The notes: generated by a model not told the origin, from the letters alone. 64,000 bases of DNA from Bdellovibrionales bacterium (GCA_965219095.1 CBDCMT010000001.1:1696001-1760000); one strand, 5' to 3'; positions 10,509 through 21,330 are shown, numbered from the stretch's first letter. Made by a program: numbers and translations.

Positions 10509-11204
10509 TCATTTAAGCTCCTTACAGTAGTGAGTTCTTATAAAAGAATTAAAGGATAAATAGCTGCTATAATCGGAAAAAGCTTGTAATATAGTATGAG
10601 AGATTCTATCAAACACTAGTCCTACGAGCATTTCATCTTCCTTCTCTAAGCCTTGTTTTACCCTACAGTTTGTCTCATTTTCTTTGTTTTCATATTCAAA
10701 GAGATTCAGACTGCCTTTACTTTCTCTAAAAAGATGAGGAATGACTATCTCATTTAAGATTTTTTGATAACTATCAAAATGAGTTTCAAAAAAAGGTCTA
10801 AAGGCTATTTCTGAAAAAAAGTTTGTCTCAAATTGAGCCACATTAAAACACTTTACAAAATCCTTCAGAGATCCAATTCCCCTAAGCTTAAATAAAGGAC
10901 GGTCCTCTAAATCTTCTGATAAAGGGTATAAAGGCTTAGAAAAACTCTCTTCTTTAGGATGCCAGTCTTTCATTCCCTTATAATAATCATCATGCATGTA
11001 TTGTAAACCTTTCTCTGTAAGATGAGATGTAGAAGATTCAGAAAAAGGCATTCTAAATCTATCTGCTAAAAAGATCGTAAAATGTAATCCTGGCTTCATC
11101 ATTCTTGAAATCTCCGAAATATTTTGTAAAATTACGATATTTAGGTTGGACTGTGCTAAAAAAGTGAACTCCAAAGTCTCTTCTAGAACCTTATGGATAT
11201 TCAA
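10509..11204 (-). CDS. Hypothetical protein
   Basis: 231-aa ORF, TTG start with G-rich SD. Confidence 0.6.
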   Translation of the reverse strand: MNIHKVLEETLEFTFLAQSNLNIVILQNISEISRMMKPGLHFTIFLADRFRMPFSESSTSHLTEKGLQYMHDDYYKGMKDWHPKEESFSKPLYPLSEDLEDRPLFKLRGIGSLKDFVKCFNVAQFETNFFSEIAFRPFFETHFDSYQKILNEIVIPHLFRESKGSLNLFEYENKENETNCRVKQGLEKEDEMLVGLVFDRISHTILQAFSDYSSYLSFNSFIRTHYCKELK

Positions 11205-11254
11205 AGAACACCCACCCTTGTTTTACTCGTTGTGAGAAGATCAGGTCTCAAAGA

Positions 11255-11350
11255 ATTCAAAAACATTCATTTTATTTGCTGTGTTACATTGCTGTGTTAC
11301 ATTAAAGTGGAAGTCTTTTGTGTATGGAGACATTTATTTTTCAAAAAATA
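11255..11350 (+). mobile_element. Eroded ISL3 internal fragments
   Basis: Matches ~40833-40868 and ~40978-41020. Confidence 0.65.
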
Positions 11351-11437
11351 ATACGTTGCGATAGAAATGTTGCAATAAAAGCACTGTGTTAAACTGTAAT
11401 GTTTTTAAAATAAATTGAAAGTTAAATTGTAATAGTA

Positions 11438-11499
11438 GTCTATGAAAAAGAATGTCAAGAAAAAACACTTCTCCATTTACAAAAAATATAAAAATTTTT
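11438..11499 (-). mobile_element. IS1111-type right-end remnant
   Basis: Reverse complement of ~53610-53672 with few mismatches. Confidence 0.8.
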
Positions 11500-11612
11500 G
11501 GCTCCTCCCGGGAATCTGTGGGTAAAAAGTAGTAGAAATCCCCCAAAAGAGTTCATATTAATCAAAGTAAGAGTAAGACATCCTGTCTTGTATTTTTGAG
11601 TTCTTTGAGGCC
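11500..11612 (+). mobile_element. ISL3 left-end remnant
   Basis: GGCTCCTCCCGGGAATCTGTGGGT... matches 40688-40800. Confidence 0.88.
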
Positions 11613-11615
11613 TTA

Positions 11616-12170
11616 GGCATTGTTAAAAAATAACTTAGACATTTCAGATTTTATATCATAAGGTTTACATGTGCTATCAGAGAAAGATCGTCAATTAAGA
11701 TTAAAGCTCACAACGACTTTTCATTTATTAAACGAAAAGCAAGGAGGATTTTAGCTGCGGCAGAATCGAAAGCCTATGGTCGTGATGGCATAAGCAAGGT
11801 ATCAAAGTTTACAGGTTTATGTCGTCAGACTATTTACAGAGGATTAGAAGAGCTTTCTAAAGGAGTTAAAGATTCAAAGATTCGTTCAAAAGGAGGGGGA
11901 AGGAAGAAGAAGACTGCAGAGTATCCAGAGTTAGTTTCCGTTCTTGAAAGTTTAATGGAGTCTAGCACAAGAGGGGATCCTGAGAGTCCGCTAAAGTGGA
12001 GCAGTAAAAGTGTAAGAAATCTTAGTGAGGCCTTAAATTCACAAGGTTATAATATAAGCCCTCCCACTGTTGCAAGCATTTTACACGAACTGGATTACAG
12101 CTTGCAGGCCAATAGAAAGGTTTTGGAAGGAAAAAAAGCTCATGCAGATAGAAATAACAATTTGAGTTCA
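11616..12170 (+). mobile_element. ISAzo13-family element, truncated 5' half
   Basis: TIR GCATTGTTAAAAAATAACTTAGACATTT; TRGDPESPLKW, YSLQANRK motifs; matches reverse complement of ~22555-23106. Confidence 0.9.
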
Positions 12171-12177
12171 TTATTTT

Positions 12178-12279
12178 GTCTCCTCAAAAGAATCTGTGGG
12201 TTTCCGGAGGTTCTGGCAGTTTTCCAAGGTTATGATATAAAGCTATAAAAATCGCCTTATATCATAACCTTGGAAAACT
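12178..12279 (-). mobile_element. ISL3 right-end remnant ending in a 23-bp-arm fold-back hairpin
   Basis: Reverse complement of the ISL3 right end, then arms 12218-12240 and 12257-12279. Confidence 0.85.
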
Positions 12280-12280
12280 C

Positions 12281-13834
12281 TTATTTTACAAACACTTCGA
12301 AATCTTCTTTATGAAAAGAAGATTCAACTTTAAAAATAATGGACGTTTTAAACCTTTTTTCAATGAATTCTAGGGAATCTCTATCAGAATCATAAATCCA
12401 GTCAGCAATATCGTGATGACAATGAACAAAGCAACTTGTTATATTTTTTTTATACCCTACTAGCTCTCTTTCAAGAGAACGAAAGATCTCATTTCCTACA
12501 GTCATAGGAGATTTCACATAACCTTTTCCATGGCAATAACTGCAAGGCTGACAAAGTTGAGCCAATAAACTAGGTCGTGTCCGTTTTCTAGTCATCTGAA
12601 CCAAACTCAAATCAGACATAGACACAATAGTGACTTTAGAAGAATCCTTTTTACATTCTTCTTTTAAAAGGCTTAAAACCTGTTGTCTATGAGCTTGTTT
12701 TTCCATATCGATAAAATCAATGATAATGATCCCTCCAGAATTTCTAATTCTCAGTTGGTTGGTAATTTCTTTGCATGCTTCCATATTTGTATTCAATAAC
12801 GTTTCCTCTAAATCTTTTTTGCCAACATAGCGTCCTGTATTTACGTCAATGGCAATTAAAGCTTCTGCTTCGTCAAAAACGATGGAGCCACCGGATTTTA
12901 ACCAAATTTTCTTTTGTAAAGCTTGATTGATGGTCAAATCAAGATCGTACATGTCAAAGAGAGGACGTTCTTTTGAGTAAAAAGTTATTTTTCCCTCTAA
13001 AGAAGGAACGTACTGTAATATAAATTGATTGACTTTCTTATAAACTGTCTGACTGTCAATAAAAATTTGATCTACATTTTTACTTAAAAGATCTCTGAGG
13101 GCTCTTAACTCAAGATCCAATTCTTTGTAAACAATGCCTAGAGTTTTTCTTTTTACATAATTTCTTTGAACATCTTTCCATAGTTTTTTTAAATACTCAA
13201 AATCATCTTTTATAAGTTGTGATCTCACGCCTTCAGCAGCTGTTCTTAAAATAAACCCTCCTTTTTTAGGCCCTATAGAATCAATCATTTTTTTTAGACG
13301 TATACGTTCTCGAGAGTTTTCAATTTTTCGAGAGATTCCTAAATGATTTACCTGAGGCAAATAAACCATAAACCGCCCTGCTAAAGAGATATGAGTTGTG
13401 ATTCGTGCTCCTTTTGTTCCTAAAGGATCTTTAGATACTTGAACCATAATTTCTTGACCTTCTTTGAGAAGATCTTCTATTTTTTGAACTGTTTTTGTCT
13501 TAGGAAGAGAAAGTTCACTAAGCTCTTCCGGAGGTTTTTCTTCTAATTCTTTTTGGTCTTGAACTAAATCTTCCTCTATGTACAAATTTTCTTCGTCTTT
13601 TAAAGATTCAGAGATCACATTCCCAACATAAAGAAACCCTGAACAAGAGGATCCCAAATCTACAAAAGCTGATTGCATGCCAGGGATGATTTTAGATACA
13701 CGGCCTTTAAAAATAGACCCAACTATAGTCCTGAAAGTTCGGCGATCCACTTTAAGATCCTTAAGTTCTTTGTTCTCAATAAAAGCAATGCGAGTTTGAT
13801 TAGGTCTTACATTGATAAGTATTTCATTAGCCAT
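12281..13834 (-). CDS. rng: Ribonuclease G (Rne/Rng family)
   Basis: S1 domain GSIFKGRV...PGMQSAFVD; AIDVNTG; GGIIIIDFIDM; CSYCHGKG. Confidence 0.93.
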   Translation of the reverse strand: MANEILINVRPNQTRIAFIENKELKDLKVDRRTFRTIVGSIFKGRVSKIIPGMQSAFVDLGSSCSGFLYVGNVISESLKDEENLYIEEDLVQDQKELEEKPPEELSELSLPKTKTVQKIEDLLKEGQEIMVQVSKDPLGTKGARITTHISLAGRFMVYLPQVNHLGISRKIENSRERIRLKKMIDSIGPKKGGFILRTAAEGVRSQLIKDDFEYLKKLWKDVQRNYVKRKTLGIVYKELDLELRALRDLLSKNVDQIFIDSQTVYKKVNQFILQYVPSLEGKITFYSKERPLFDMYDLDLTINQALQKKIWLKSGGSIVFDEAEALIAIDVNTGRYVGKKDLEETLLNTNMEACKEITNQLRIRNSGGIIIIDFIDMEKQAHRQQVLSLLKEECKKDSSKVTIVSMSDLSLVQMTRKRTRPSLLAQLCQPCSYCHGKGYVKSPMTVGNEIFRSLERELVGYKKNITSCFVHCHHDIADWIYDSDRDSLEFIEKRFKTSIIFKVESSFHKEDFEVFVK

Positions 13835-13904
13835 ATAAATCTCTTTTCGACAATTCAAGAAAAAATCTTAAAACCCGATAAAGTAAAAAATAAAGGAGTG
13901 TGTT

Positions 13905-16199
13905 ATGTCTTCTTATAAAGAATTACTCGAAATCCTTAACTCTGAAAAAAATGATGAATTGATTTTAGAGTCAGGAAAACCCATTTTACTGAGAAAGCAA
14001 GACCAATGTCTTAAAATAACAGACGGTAATATCCCTTTAAATGAACTAAGGGAGCTTTTTAAAGAACTTCTGAGCGAGGATAAGAAAAGTTTTTTACAAA
14101 AAAAAGGAATGTTTTCTATTCCTTTTGATTATGAGAATAAAAAAATGAAATTAGAAATCCTTCAAGATACGGAAAGGATGATGTTGCGTGTTTCCCACAA
14201 CATACCCTCTTTAAATTCATGGGCCGATCTAGACTTACACTTTAGTTTAGAAGAAGTTTTAAATTTTTCAAGAGGACTTGTTTTGGTGACAAGTCCCCAA
14301 AAGTCAGGAAAAAGCTCCACTTTAAGGGCTTTTGCTGAAGAGTTCTCTAAAAAAAATAAAGAAGTTTTTATTTTTGAATCAAAACCTCATTTGAACCAAA
14401 CGAATTTAATTCACAATATTTCTTTTTGGAGTATGAATTCCATAAAAGAGTTTCGCCATATTGTGAATATAAATCCATACTCTGTTTTAATACTAGATGA
14501 AGTACAGGATTCGAAATGGGCTTTTGAAGCTTTACAGGCCAGCTTCAAAGGGCATCTTGTGTTAGTTAGTTTTGCACACTTAGGTGTTATTCCTTCCTAT
14601 AGACATTTTTTAGGCTTATTAAAGGAACACGAACCGAATATACGAGATAATCTAAAGGCTATTGTAAGCCAAACTTTATTCAACAAAAAAAACAAATTGC
14701 GAAAAACAATTTCCCAAGAGTTTTTAATTTTAAGACCAGATACAAAAGAAAACTTAGTTCGTATAGAAAAATTTTTGGAAACACAAATTTATTCACAAGA
14801 TTGGAGACCTTTTGAGATTGATATTGAAGAGCAATACGAAAGAGGTGAGGTCTCTGAAGCCACTAAAGAGCTTTTCTCAAAAGACATGTTAAGTTGGATT
14901 AAGACGGAACATTTAGGTGTGGGAGAAGAGGACAATAATGAAATCGAAAAAACTTCCGTTTTCCTCACTCCTGAAGAAAAAGTAGAATTCGTAGGTAATG
15001 ATGAGCAATCTCATATAACACGAGTCAAAGAAGTAAAATTTCAACCTCAAAAAACCCTAAAAGAGGAGCAAAGTACTTTTCCAATTTTAGAAAAAAAAGA
15101 AAGTACTCTAGAGTTATCAAGTGCTATTTTAAAAGACAAGAGAAAAGAAATTGAAAAAAAGACCTCAGATTTACCAGACAATGTTTTAGAAGAAAAGAAA
15201 GAAGAAACCAAGGAAGAGCTTTCAATCTTATCAAATAAATCTTTAAAGGAGGAGAAAATCTCTCAAACTCCAAAGACAGATCTTAGCAAGGTCAAGGAAA
15301 AGTTTATGGAAGGAGGAGAAAGTGATTTTAAAGATGATCTTGATTTATTGATAGAAGGCCAAACGGTTCTTACAAATCAAACAACCGAAGATAAGGAGAA
15401 TCTTAGTGAAACTATCTTTGAAAAGAAAGCAAAGTCGTCCAAAGATGAAGTTCTAAATGATGTGAAAAAAGCCTCTCATACAACTTCTCTAAAAGAAAAG
15501 TTTGATAACAAAGATAGAAAAAAGGAGAAGCAAGAAGAAAAACAAACTGAAGATAAGACTGAAGACAAAGTTATAACACTAGGGCTGAACCAAAATATCA
15601 ACAGTGAAGCTTCTTATAAAAACAAAGACTCTTTTTCAACTCAAAATGCAAGTTGGAATTTAGACATAAGCCAGATTACTGAAACAGAACTCAAAAATAA
15701 GGACGATAAAGAGGGAGAGGATTATTTATCAAATGAGTTTTCTCCTGTTCCTGTGGAAGAAGAAATTTATTTTCAAAATAAGGCAGAAAATCTCCTCAGT
15801 AGGGGAGAGGGGAGAGTTGTTGAAGAATATCTAGACGAAGAGCTTAGCCTAGTTTTAGATGACGTAACAGAAATTAAAGAAAAAAAAATCTTCTTTAAAG
15901 ATCCAACCTCTCATAAATCTCATAAAGAAACAAAGGAAAATCAAGACTCGTCTCATTATGAAAAAACATATAGTGAAAACCCTGCTATAAATAAAATTAT
16001 ACGCACCAAAGAAGAAGAAAGTAAAAAATCTATAGATATAAAAAGGAAAAGAAACAAAGAAAAATACTCTCAAGAAAGAAAGAAAGCTTCTATTGATATA
16101 AATATTTTTGATAGAAGATCAAAGATTCATGAAGTGATTAAAGATGCAAAAACCAATATTTCTAAGATTTTATTGAAAAAAACAGGATCAAAAAAATAA
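13905..16199 (+). CDS. Divergent PilT/PilU-like ATPase with a long charged low-complexity C-terminus
   Basis: GLVLVTSPQKSGKSSTL (Walker A-like), VLILDEV, GHLVLVSFAH (His-box-like), AIVSQTL. Confidence 0.7.
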   Translation: MSSYKELLEILNSEKNDELILESGKPILLRKQDQCLKITDGNIPLNELRELFKELLSEDKKSFLQKKGMFSIPFDYENKKMKLEILQDTERMMLRVSHNIPSLNSWADLDLHFSLEEVLNFSRGLVLVTSPQKSGKSSTLRAFAEEFSKKNKEVFIFESKPHLNQTNLIHNISFWSMNSIKEFRHIVNINPYSVLILDEVQDSKWAFEALQASFKGHLVLVSFAHLGVIPSYRHFLGLLKEHEPNIRDNLKAIVSQTLFNKKNKLRKTISQEFLILRPDTKENLVRIEKFLETQIYSQDWRPFEIDIEEQYERGEVSEATKELFSKDMLSWIKTEHLGVGEEDNNEIEKTSVFLTPEEKVEFVGNDEQSHITRVKEVKFQPQKTLKEEQSTFPILEKKESTLELSSAILKDKRKEIEKKTSDLPDNVLEEKKEETKEELSILSNKSLKEEKISQTPKTDLSKVKEKFMEGGESDFKDDLDLLIEGQTVLTNQTTEDKENLSETIFEKKAKSSKDEVLNDVKKASHTTSLKEKFDNKDRKKEKQEEKQTEDKTEDKVITLGLNQNINSEASYKNKDSFSTQNASWNLDISQITETELKNKDDKEGEDYLSNEFSPVPVEEEIYFQNKAENLLSRGEGRVVEEYLDEELSLVLDDVTEIKEKKIFFKDPTSHKSHKETKENQDSSHYEKTYSENPAINKIIRTKEEESKKSIDIKRKRNKEKYSQERKKASIDINIFDRRSKIHEVIKDAKTNISKILLKKTGSKK

Positions 16200-16200
16200 A

Positions 16201-16248
16201 GCCTCCTCAAAAGAATCTGTGGGTTCCCGAAGGTTCTTTTGATGAGGC
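16201..16248. mobile_element. 48-bp ISL3-derived fold-back mini-element
   Basis: GCCTCCTCAAAAGAA...TTCTTTTGATGAGGC; same as 23171-23218 and 63379-63426. Confidence 0.85.
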
Positions 16249-16387
16249 GTGCTTTTAAAGATTGTTATTACAACTTCATGTATTAAAATAAGTCAGACAT
16301 ATTTCAATGTGAAGCTTCTTGACTTTTAATTATAAAAATATAAGGTTTAGATTAAAGTTTTGAAATATTTTTGTCGAAGAAAGGGAT

Positions 16388-16632
16388 ATGAAAAAAATTC
16401 ATATAAAAGGGCTTTTCATAAGTTTTCTTATCATCTTATTCATTCCCTTACTTTTTTTTATTTAACTCATGTAGTGAACCCAATTTTGGTCAAAGTGATA
16501 ACGATAAATCAAGAAACACAACATAATGTTGAACTTGATTTTCAAGTTACTCCTGATTTTGTAGAAAAAAATAAAAAGCCTTACGATCAAAGAAACTGCT
16601 ACTGTTGATTTTTTATTTATCATTGATGTTTT
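16388..16632 (+). pseudogene. 5' part of a vWA-domain lipoprotein gene, cut by IS66
   Basis: MKKIHIKG signal peptide, SCSEPNF lipobox-like segment, ETATVDFLFIIDV (start of vWA MIDAS strand) across frameshifts. Confidence 0.6.
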
Positions 16633-16795
16633 GTAAGTCGGTTATCTGACCGCCCTTGACTCCTACGAGAGGTATATTTCTTAGATTTTAAAGGAAAAGT
16701 TTTTATTGATCTTGTTGTAAAACAAGCCTGTAAAATATTTCCCTAAGGCCTTCCCCGTTACAAAAGTATTAGAGAAGTTCTTAAAAGAATAATTC

Positions 16796-18326
16796 GTAAC
16801 TGCTCACCTACATTGTTCAGTTATCCCTAACTTTAGACCTGTTTTAAGATAAAAGTCTTGCTCTTACAGATTTTCTTTTAAATACTCTTTTCAAATGACA
16901 ATAAATAAGACCTCCATCAGAAATGAGATTAAAAATATAAGAAGTGACTTTGATAAGTTTGCAAAGAAAGGTTCTGTGCCTACTGAGATTTCTGTGATTG
17001 TTGAATCTCTCTTTAAGGTTGTGAACATTCTGATTGTTGTGCTTTTAGAAAAACAGGTTCGAAAAAATTCCAGCAACAGCGGTCTTCCTCCTTCGCAAGA
17101 TTTTAGTCGTCAAGGGAATCGTAATAAGAAAGCTAGTGGGAGTCAGAAAAAGGGCTCTAGGCTTATCAGTAAAGATACAAAACAGCGAGGAGACTGTCTC
17201 TCCCTCAGAGTGTTCTCAGTGTGGGATGTGTTTAAAGACAGCAGAGGTAAAAAGCCTTGAGAAGCGTAAAAAGATTGATATTTTTTATGAAATTCAGACC
17301 CATACTGTAACTTCTGAAGTTAAGGATTGTCCCTCATGTGGAGCTAGAAATAAAGGTCAATTCCCTAAAGGTATGAGTGGTCCTCTTCAGTATGGTGTAG
17401 GCATTAGAGCTTCCATCATCAATTTCATTATAGTTCAGATGCTGTCTTTTAGAGCGTGTTGGGGAACATTACATGGGGCTTATAGGTCGAATGATTTCTC
17501 CTGCAGTTATGTTGAGATACATTGCTGAATTAGGAGAGTTTCTTAAAAGTTGGGAAGAGCAGATGAAAGAAAAGATACTTGAATCAGAGGTCATTCATGT
17601 TGATGAGACCTCTATGAGGGTTAAGGGTAAAAACTACTGGATTCATACTTATAGTTCAGGAGAATTAGTCTTGCAGTTTCTACACCTTTCAGGTGGAAGG
17701 GAAGCCATAAAAGATATTGGTCTCTTGGATAGATATGGAGGAGTGCTTGTGCATGATTGTTGGAGTCCTTACTTTTGTTATGATAAGATAACTCATGCTT
17801 TGTGTGTGGCTCACCTTTTGAGAGAGCTTAAATTTATAGAAGAAAGCAATGGATTCAAATGGGCTACAAATCTCAAAAAACTTCTTAAAGAGACTGTGGA
17901 GTTAGTTCATAAAAAAGAGTCAAGAGTTCTGACTCAAAAAGAGTACGAAACTCTTCAGAGAAGGTATAGGAGTATTCTTACAAAAGGCTTAAAAGAGCTT
18001 CCAGAATTTCCTAAGAAAAATGGCAAGAAAGGACGAATAAAGCATACACAAGCTCAAAACCTTTGGCTGCGATTTAAAAAGTATGAAGCAGAAATACTGT
18101 GTTTTGCTAAAAGAAAGAACGTAGATCCTACTAATAACAGAGCTGAAAGAGATCTAAGAATGACTAAAGTGAAAAAGAAAGTGTCAGGGTGTTTCAGAAC
18201 AGAAGAAATGGCGAAATATTTTTGTCGTATTACCAGCTATGTTAAAACAATGAGAAATAGAGGGTATTCTTCTTTAGAAGCCATCTCTATGGCTTTAAAT
18301 AAAAACTTACGAGAGTGAGCAGTTAC
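16796..18326 (+). mobile_element. IS66-family single-ORF (ISBst12-like) element, frameshifted transposase 16895..18318
   Basis: TIRs GTAACTGCTCAC/GTGAGCAGTTAC; 8-bp TSD AATAATTC; NSSNSGLPPS, VDETS, HDCW, PTNNRAERDLR. Confidence 0.95.
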
Positions 18327-18377
18327 AATAATTCTTAGTTTTTTTTCGTAATTTTGATTTTTTTTGTGCTTTATTCT

Positions 18378-19817
18378 TTAAGAACGAAGCTCACTTGTAT
18401 ACTCAAAAGGCGTTTTAATAGGCATCTTATCGAGGGAGTTTCCCACAACCATTAAAATATAGTCCTTAGGATCTAATTCCACCTTCTTACAACTTTCCAC
18501 AATACTGTAAAGTACTGATGCTGTTTCAGTTCCTCTCTGAGTCCTTGACCCATGAAAGTTCTTTCTTCCCATCACAGAATGTCGAATCGTTCTTTCTGCT
18601 TCATTGTTTGTCATAGGAATTTTCTCATTTTCTAAGAATAAATTTAAGCCATCCCAGTGATTAAAGCTATAATCAATAGCCTTTTTTAAGCCACTCTCAG
18701 GACGAGCTTCTCCATAAAGTTTATAATACAGATCTTGCAGAGAAAGAACTAAATCCTTTGATTCTGTTTGTCTTAAACTTTTGAGCTCTTCATAAGTTTT
18801 TGCCTTTGATTCAACTTTAAAAATCTTCCCCATAAGCTTTAATACTTTTCCACACTCCTCAGGGTAATTCTGTTCTATGTCAATAAACTTTCTTATCACT
18901 GAGACCAGCAAAAAGCAAGATCAATTCCCTTTTCACCCTTAAAATGTGTTTTATAACTAACGTATCCATCTGTTAAAATAGGCCCCTTATAAGAGCCTAA
19001 GAGTTTTTTAATAGAACAGGCTGAACGGCTCTCACTAAAGTAATAAAAACTTCCTCCCTGATGACTTATAACAAACATGTAGCCGTCCTTTTGATGTGAA
19101 TTATTAATAGGCCATGGAGTTTCATCAATATGAATCGTTCTGTCTAGTTTAAGAAGTTCCTCTTTGATCTTTTCTCTCACAGGCTCTAAATAACAACTCA
19201 CAAAATAACAAAGATTATAAAGAGTCCTACAATTCACCTTCAAACCATCTGATTCCATCATTCTTCTTACTCTCTCTAAAGGAAGGTGATACAAGTACTT
19301 TTGACTCGCTACTTCTATTGCAAATTTTGGGGAGTACTTAGATCCTGGAACAATTTTCTTAGGAACAGGAGCTGATACTATGATCTCTTTTTCTCCCACT
19401 TTGCTTGCCTTCAGACGGTACTTGTAAAGATGATACTTCTTTCTAACATAGCTTCTTACATGAACATCAACCTCTCCTGACACGTCTTGAATCTTTAATT
19501 CCTCCCACTCACTGTCCTTAGGATAACCATACTGCTGTGCTATATCAGAAAGTTCTTCGTCTGTGAGCTTATGATCTACTCTTATCTCTTTTAAGGCCTT
19601 CACCTCCCCTTCTTTAGGAGCAGGAACTAAACTCTCAGATTCAAGAAGAATTGTCTTTTTAAGCTTCTTTCTACTACGAGAAGATAGTTTTCTTTTTTCA
19701 CTGGATTTTCCAAATACTATTTTCTTGAACTTACTAAGTAGCTCATCATTAAAAAGCTTTAATTGATCTTCTTTAGCCTTTTTCTTCTTAAGCTCATTTA
19801 ATTCTCCTTTTAAAAGT
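18378..19817 (-). pseudogene. tnpC: IS66 transposase TnpC, frameshifted
   Basis: ORFs 18896..19882 and 18378..18911; break at AFCWS where the 55405 copy reads through (AFCWSHARRKF). Confidence 0.88.
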
Positions 19818-19855
19818 GCCTCCTCAAAAGAATCTGTGGGTTCCCGGGAGGAGCC
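19818..19855 (-). mobile_element. 38-bp minimal ISL3 (left end fused to right end)
   Basis: Reverse complement GGCTCCTCCCGGGAACCCACAGATTCTTTTGAGGAGGC. Confidence 0.85.
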
Positions 19856-20072
19856 CTTTTTTATAAAGGTGAATGAATTCATTGAAAATCAACTTTATGT
19901 TTTCTGGATCTTTTTTCCTCTTGAAGAAATGAAGGAAGATGCTTGTACTCAGGGTTTTCACTTTTTTTTTAAATAAGGAAAAAGACTCATCTGCATACAT
20001 TAATGTCAACACGTCTTTTTTTGTTTGGCAAGCTTTTTTTTAAAAAAAAATTTAAAAAATAATCTAAAAAAA

Positions 20073-20402
20073 TTATCTTTTCTTAAGCTCGTACTTTCTT
20101 AAAATTGAACCATGAACTAAAAGATTCAATTCACTCCTTGTTAACTCGGGAGAACTTAAATCACTTAAACTCATAAACCTTTCTTTCTCCATCCTCTTTG
20201 TTAGTAAAACAAGACCACTCCCATCATAGAACAGCCCTTTTAATCTCTTTCTGTTAAAACCTAGAAAAAGATAAAGATCTCCCAAGTTGATCTCTCCTTC
20301 CATCTCACTTCTCACCAGATAACTCAACCTCTCAAAACTCCATCGCATGTCTATCTTTTGAGAGCAGACAAAAATACGGTAGCCTTCAGATAAAAAGATC
20401 AT
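20073..20402 (-). CDS. tnpB: IS66 accessory protein TnpB
   Basis: IDMRWSFERL...DLYLF...LFYDGSGLVLLTKRME. Confidence 0.9.
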   Translation of the reverse strand: MIFLSEGYRIFVCSQKIDMRWSFERLSYLVRSEMEGEINLGDLYLFLGFNRKRLKGLFYDGSGLVLLTKRMEKERFMSLSDLSSPELTRSELNLLVHGSILRKYELKKR

Positions 20403-20619
20403 AAACTCCTCACTAACTCTAAAACCTCTTCCCAATCTAGACCCTTTAAAACTAAGACCTTCTCTTTCATCACATGACTTTTCCTTTTTCAAAGAGACAG
20501 CCTTAAAAAGAGACTTCTTAGGGGATACTGTTGAAACATAAGACTTCTTCCAGTTATTGATTGTAGAGTAGAAGAAACCATTTTATCCTGAGTTCGCCCT
20601 TTAGCGAACACAAAGGCAT

Positions 20620-21220
20620 ACAATCATTAGCTACTTTTCTTGCGAAGAAAAGTACATATCCACAAAATGATCCTTTAAGATCAAATGCTCATTTTATTTC
20701 TATCCTTATATCAGATGATGATGATGATGGTTCACACCCACTACTTCACAACTCCTTTTGATTTTTCCCTCTCGATCCCTCTCTAAAAATTCAAAATTTT
20801 ATCAATAAAAAAGTCGCTATTCTTGGAAAGAGTAAAGTTTTTCAGTTTCATTCTATTGTTAGCCCCTCTGGAAATCTTTGCTCCACAGCACCGACAAGTG
20901 GGAAAGCTTATGAAATGTTATCAAATACAAATGATCTTGAAAACGATATCTTTCCAGGAAAAACTCTAAGTATTTGCAGTCCTGATTACGCAACAGTTTT
21001 AGATGGGATTGCAGATTCTATAAAGGACTCACAAGAGAGATTTTGCTAGAATGTTTATCTGTAGATGTCAACGACCATGGTGGCTTTAAAGATGATATTA
21101 AAATTTTACCTGATCCTAAAATCAAATTTACTTTGAATCCAGCTAAAAACAAAATCACTTTTGAAACACATCTTAATCCTGGATCCTATATTATACGTTA
21201 CAGTTGTGCAAGAAATTGAT
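20620..21220 (+). pseudogene. 3' part of a vWA-domain exported protein gene, frameshifted
   Basis: Manual translation: ILISDDDDDG...FQFHSIVSP...GKAYEML...SICSPDYATVLDGIADSI. Confidence 0.6.
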
Positions 21221-21289
21221 TTTTTAGTAGTTTTTCTTTAAATTCATACCTTTATAGGCTAGCTCTAATTCATAGCCGTTTAACATAAG

Positions 21290-21330
21290 GGTGGAATTTC
21301 TTTTAGATCTTCCTAAAATAAAATTCCACC
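21290..21330 (+). terminator. Stem-loop after the vWA pseudogene
   Basis: GGTGGAATTT...AAATTCCACC. Confidence 0.5.

Larger units (their letters stand above)
16633..20590 (-). mobile_element. IS66-family element (tnpA remnant, tnpB, frameshifted tnpC) with two nested insertions
   Basis: End GTAAGTCGGTTATCTGACCGCCC at 16633; tnpB 20073..20402; tnpC pieces with IDETP, TDGY, TNNEAERTIR; left end not found. Confidence 0.9.

Noticed and set aside
11334..11546. 70-aa ORF, and similar ORFs at 9408..9602, 19824..20012, 21852..22043 and 56227..56487
   Set aside because: They read through IS-end mosaics or antisense regions; spurious or fragmentary.
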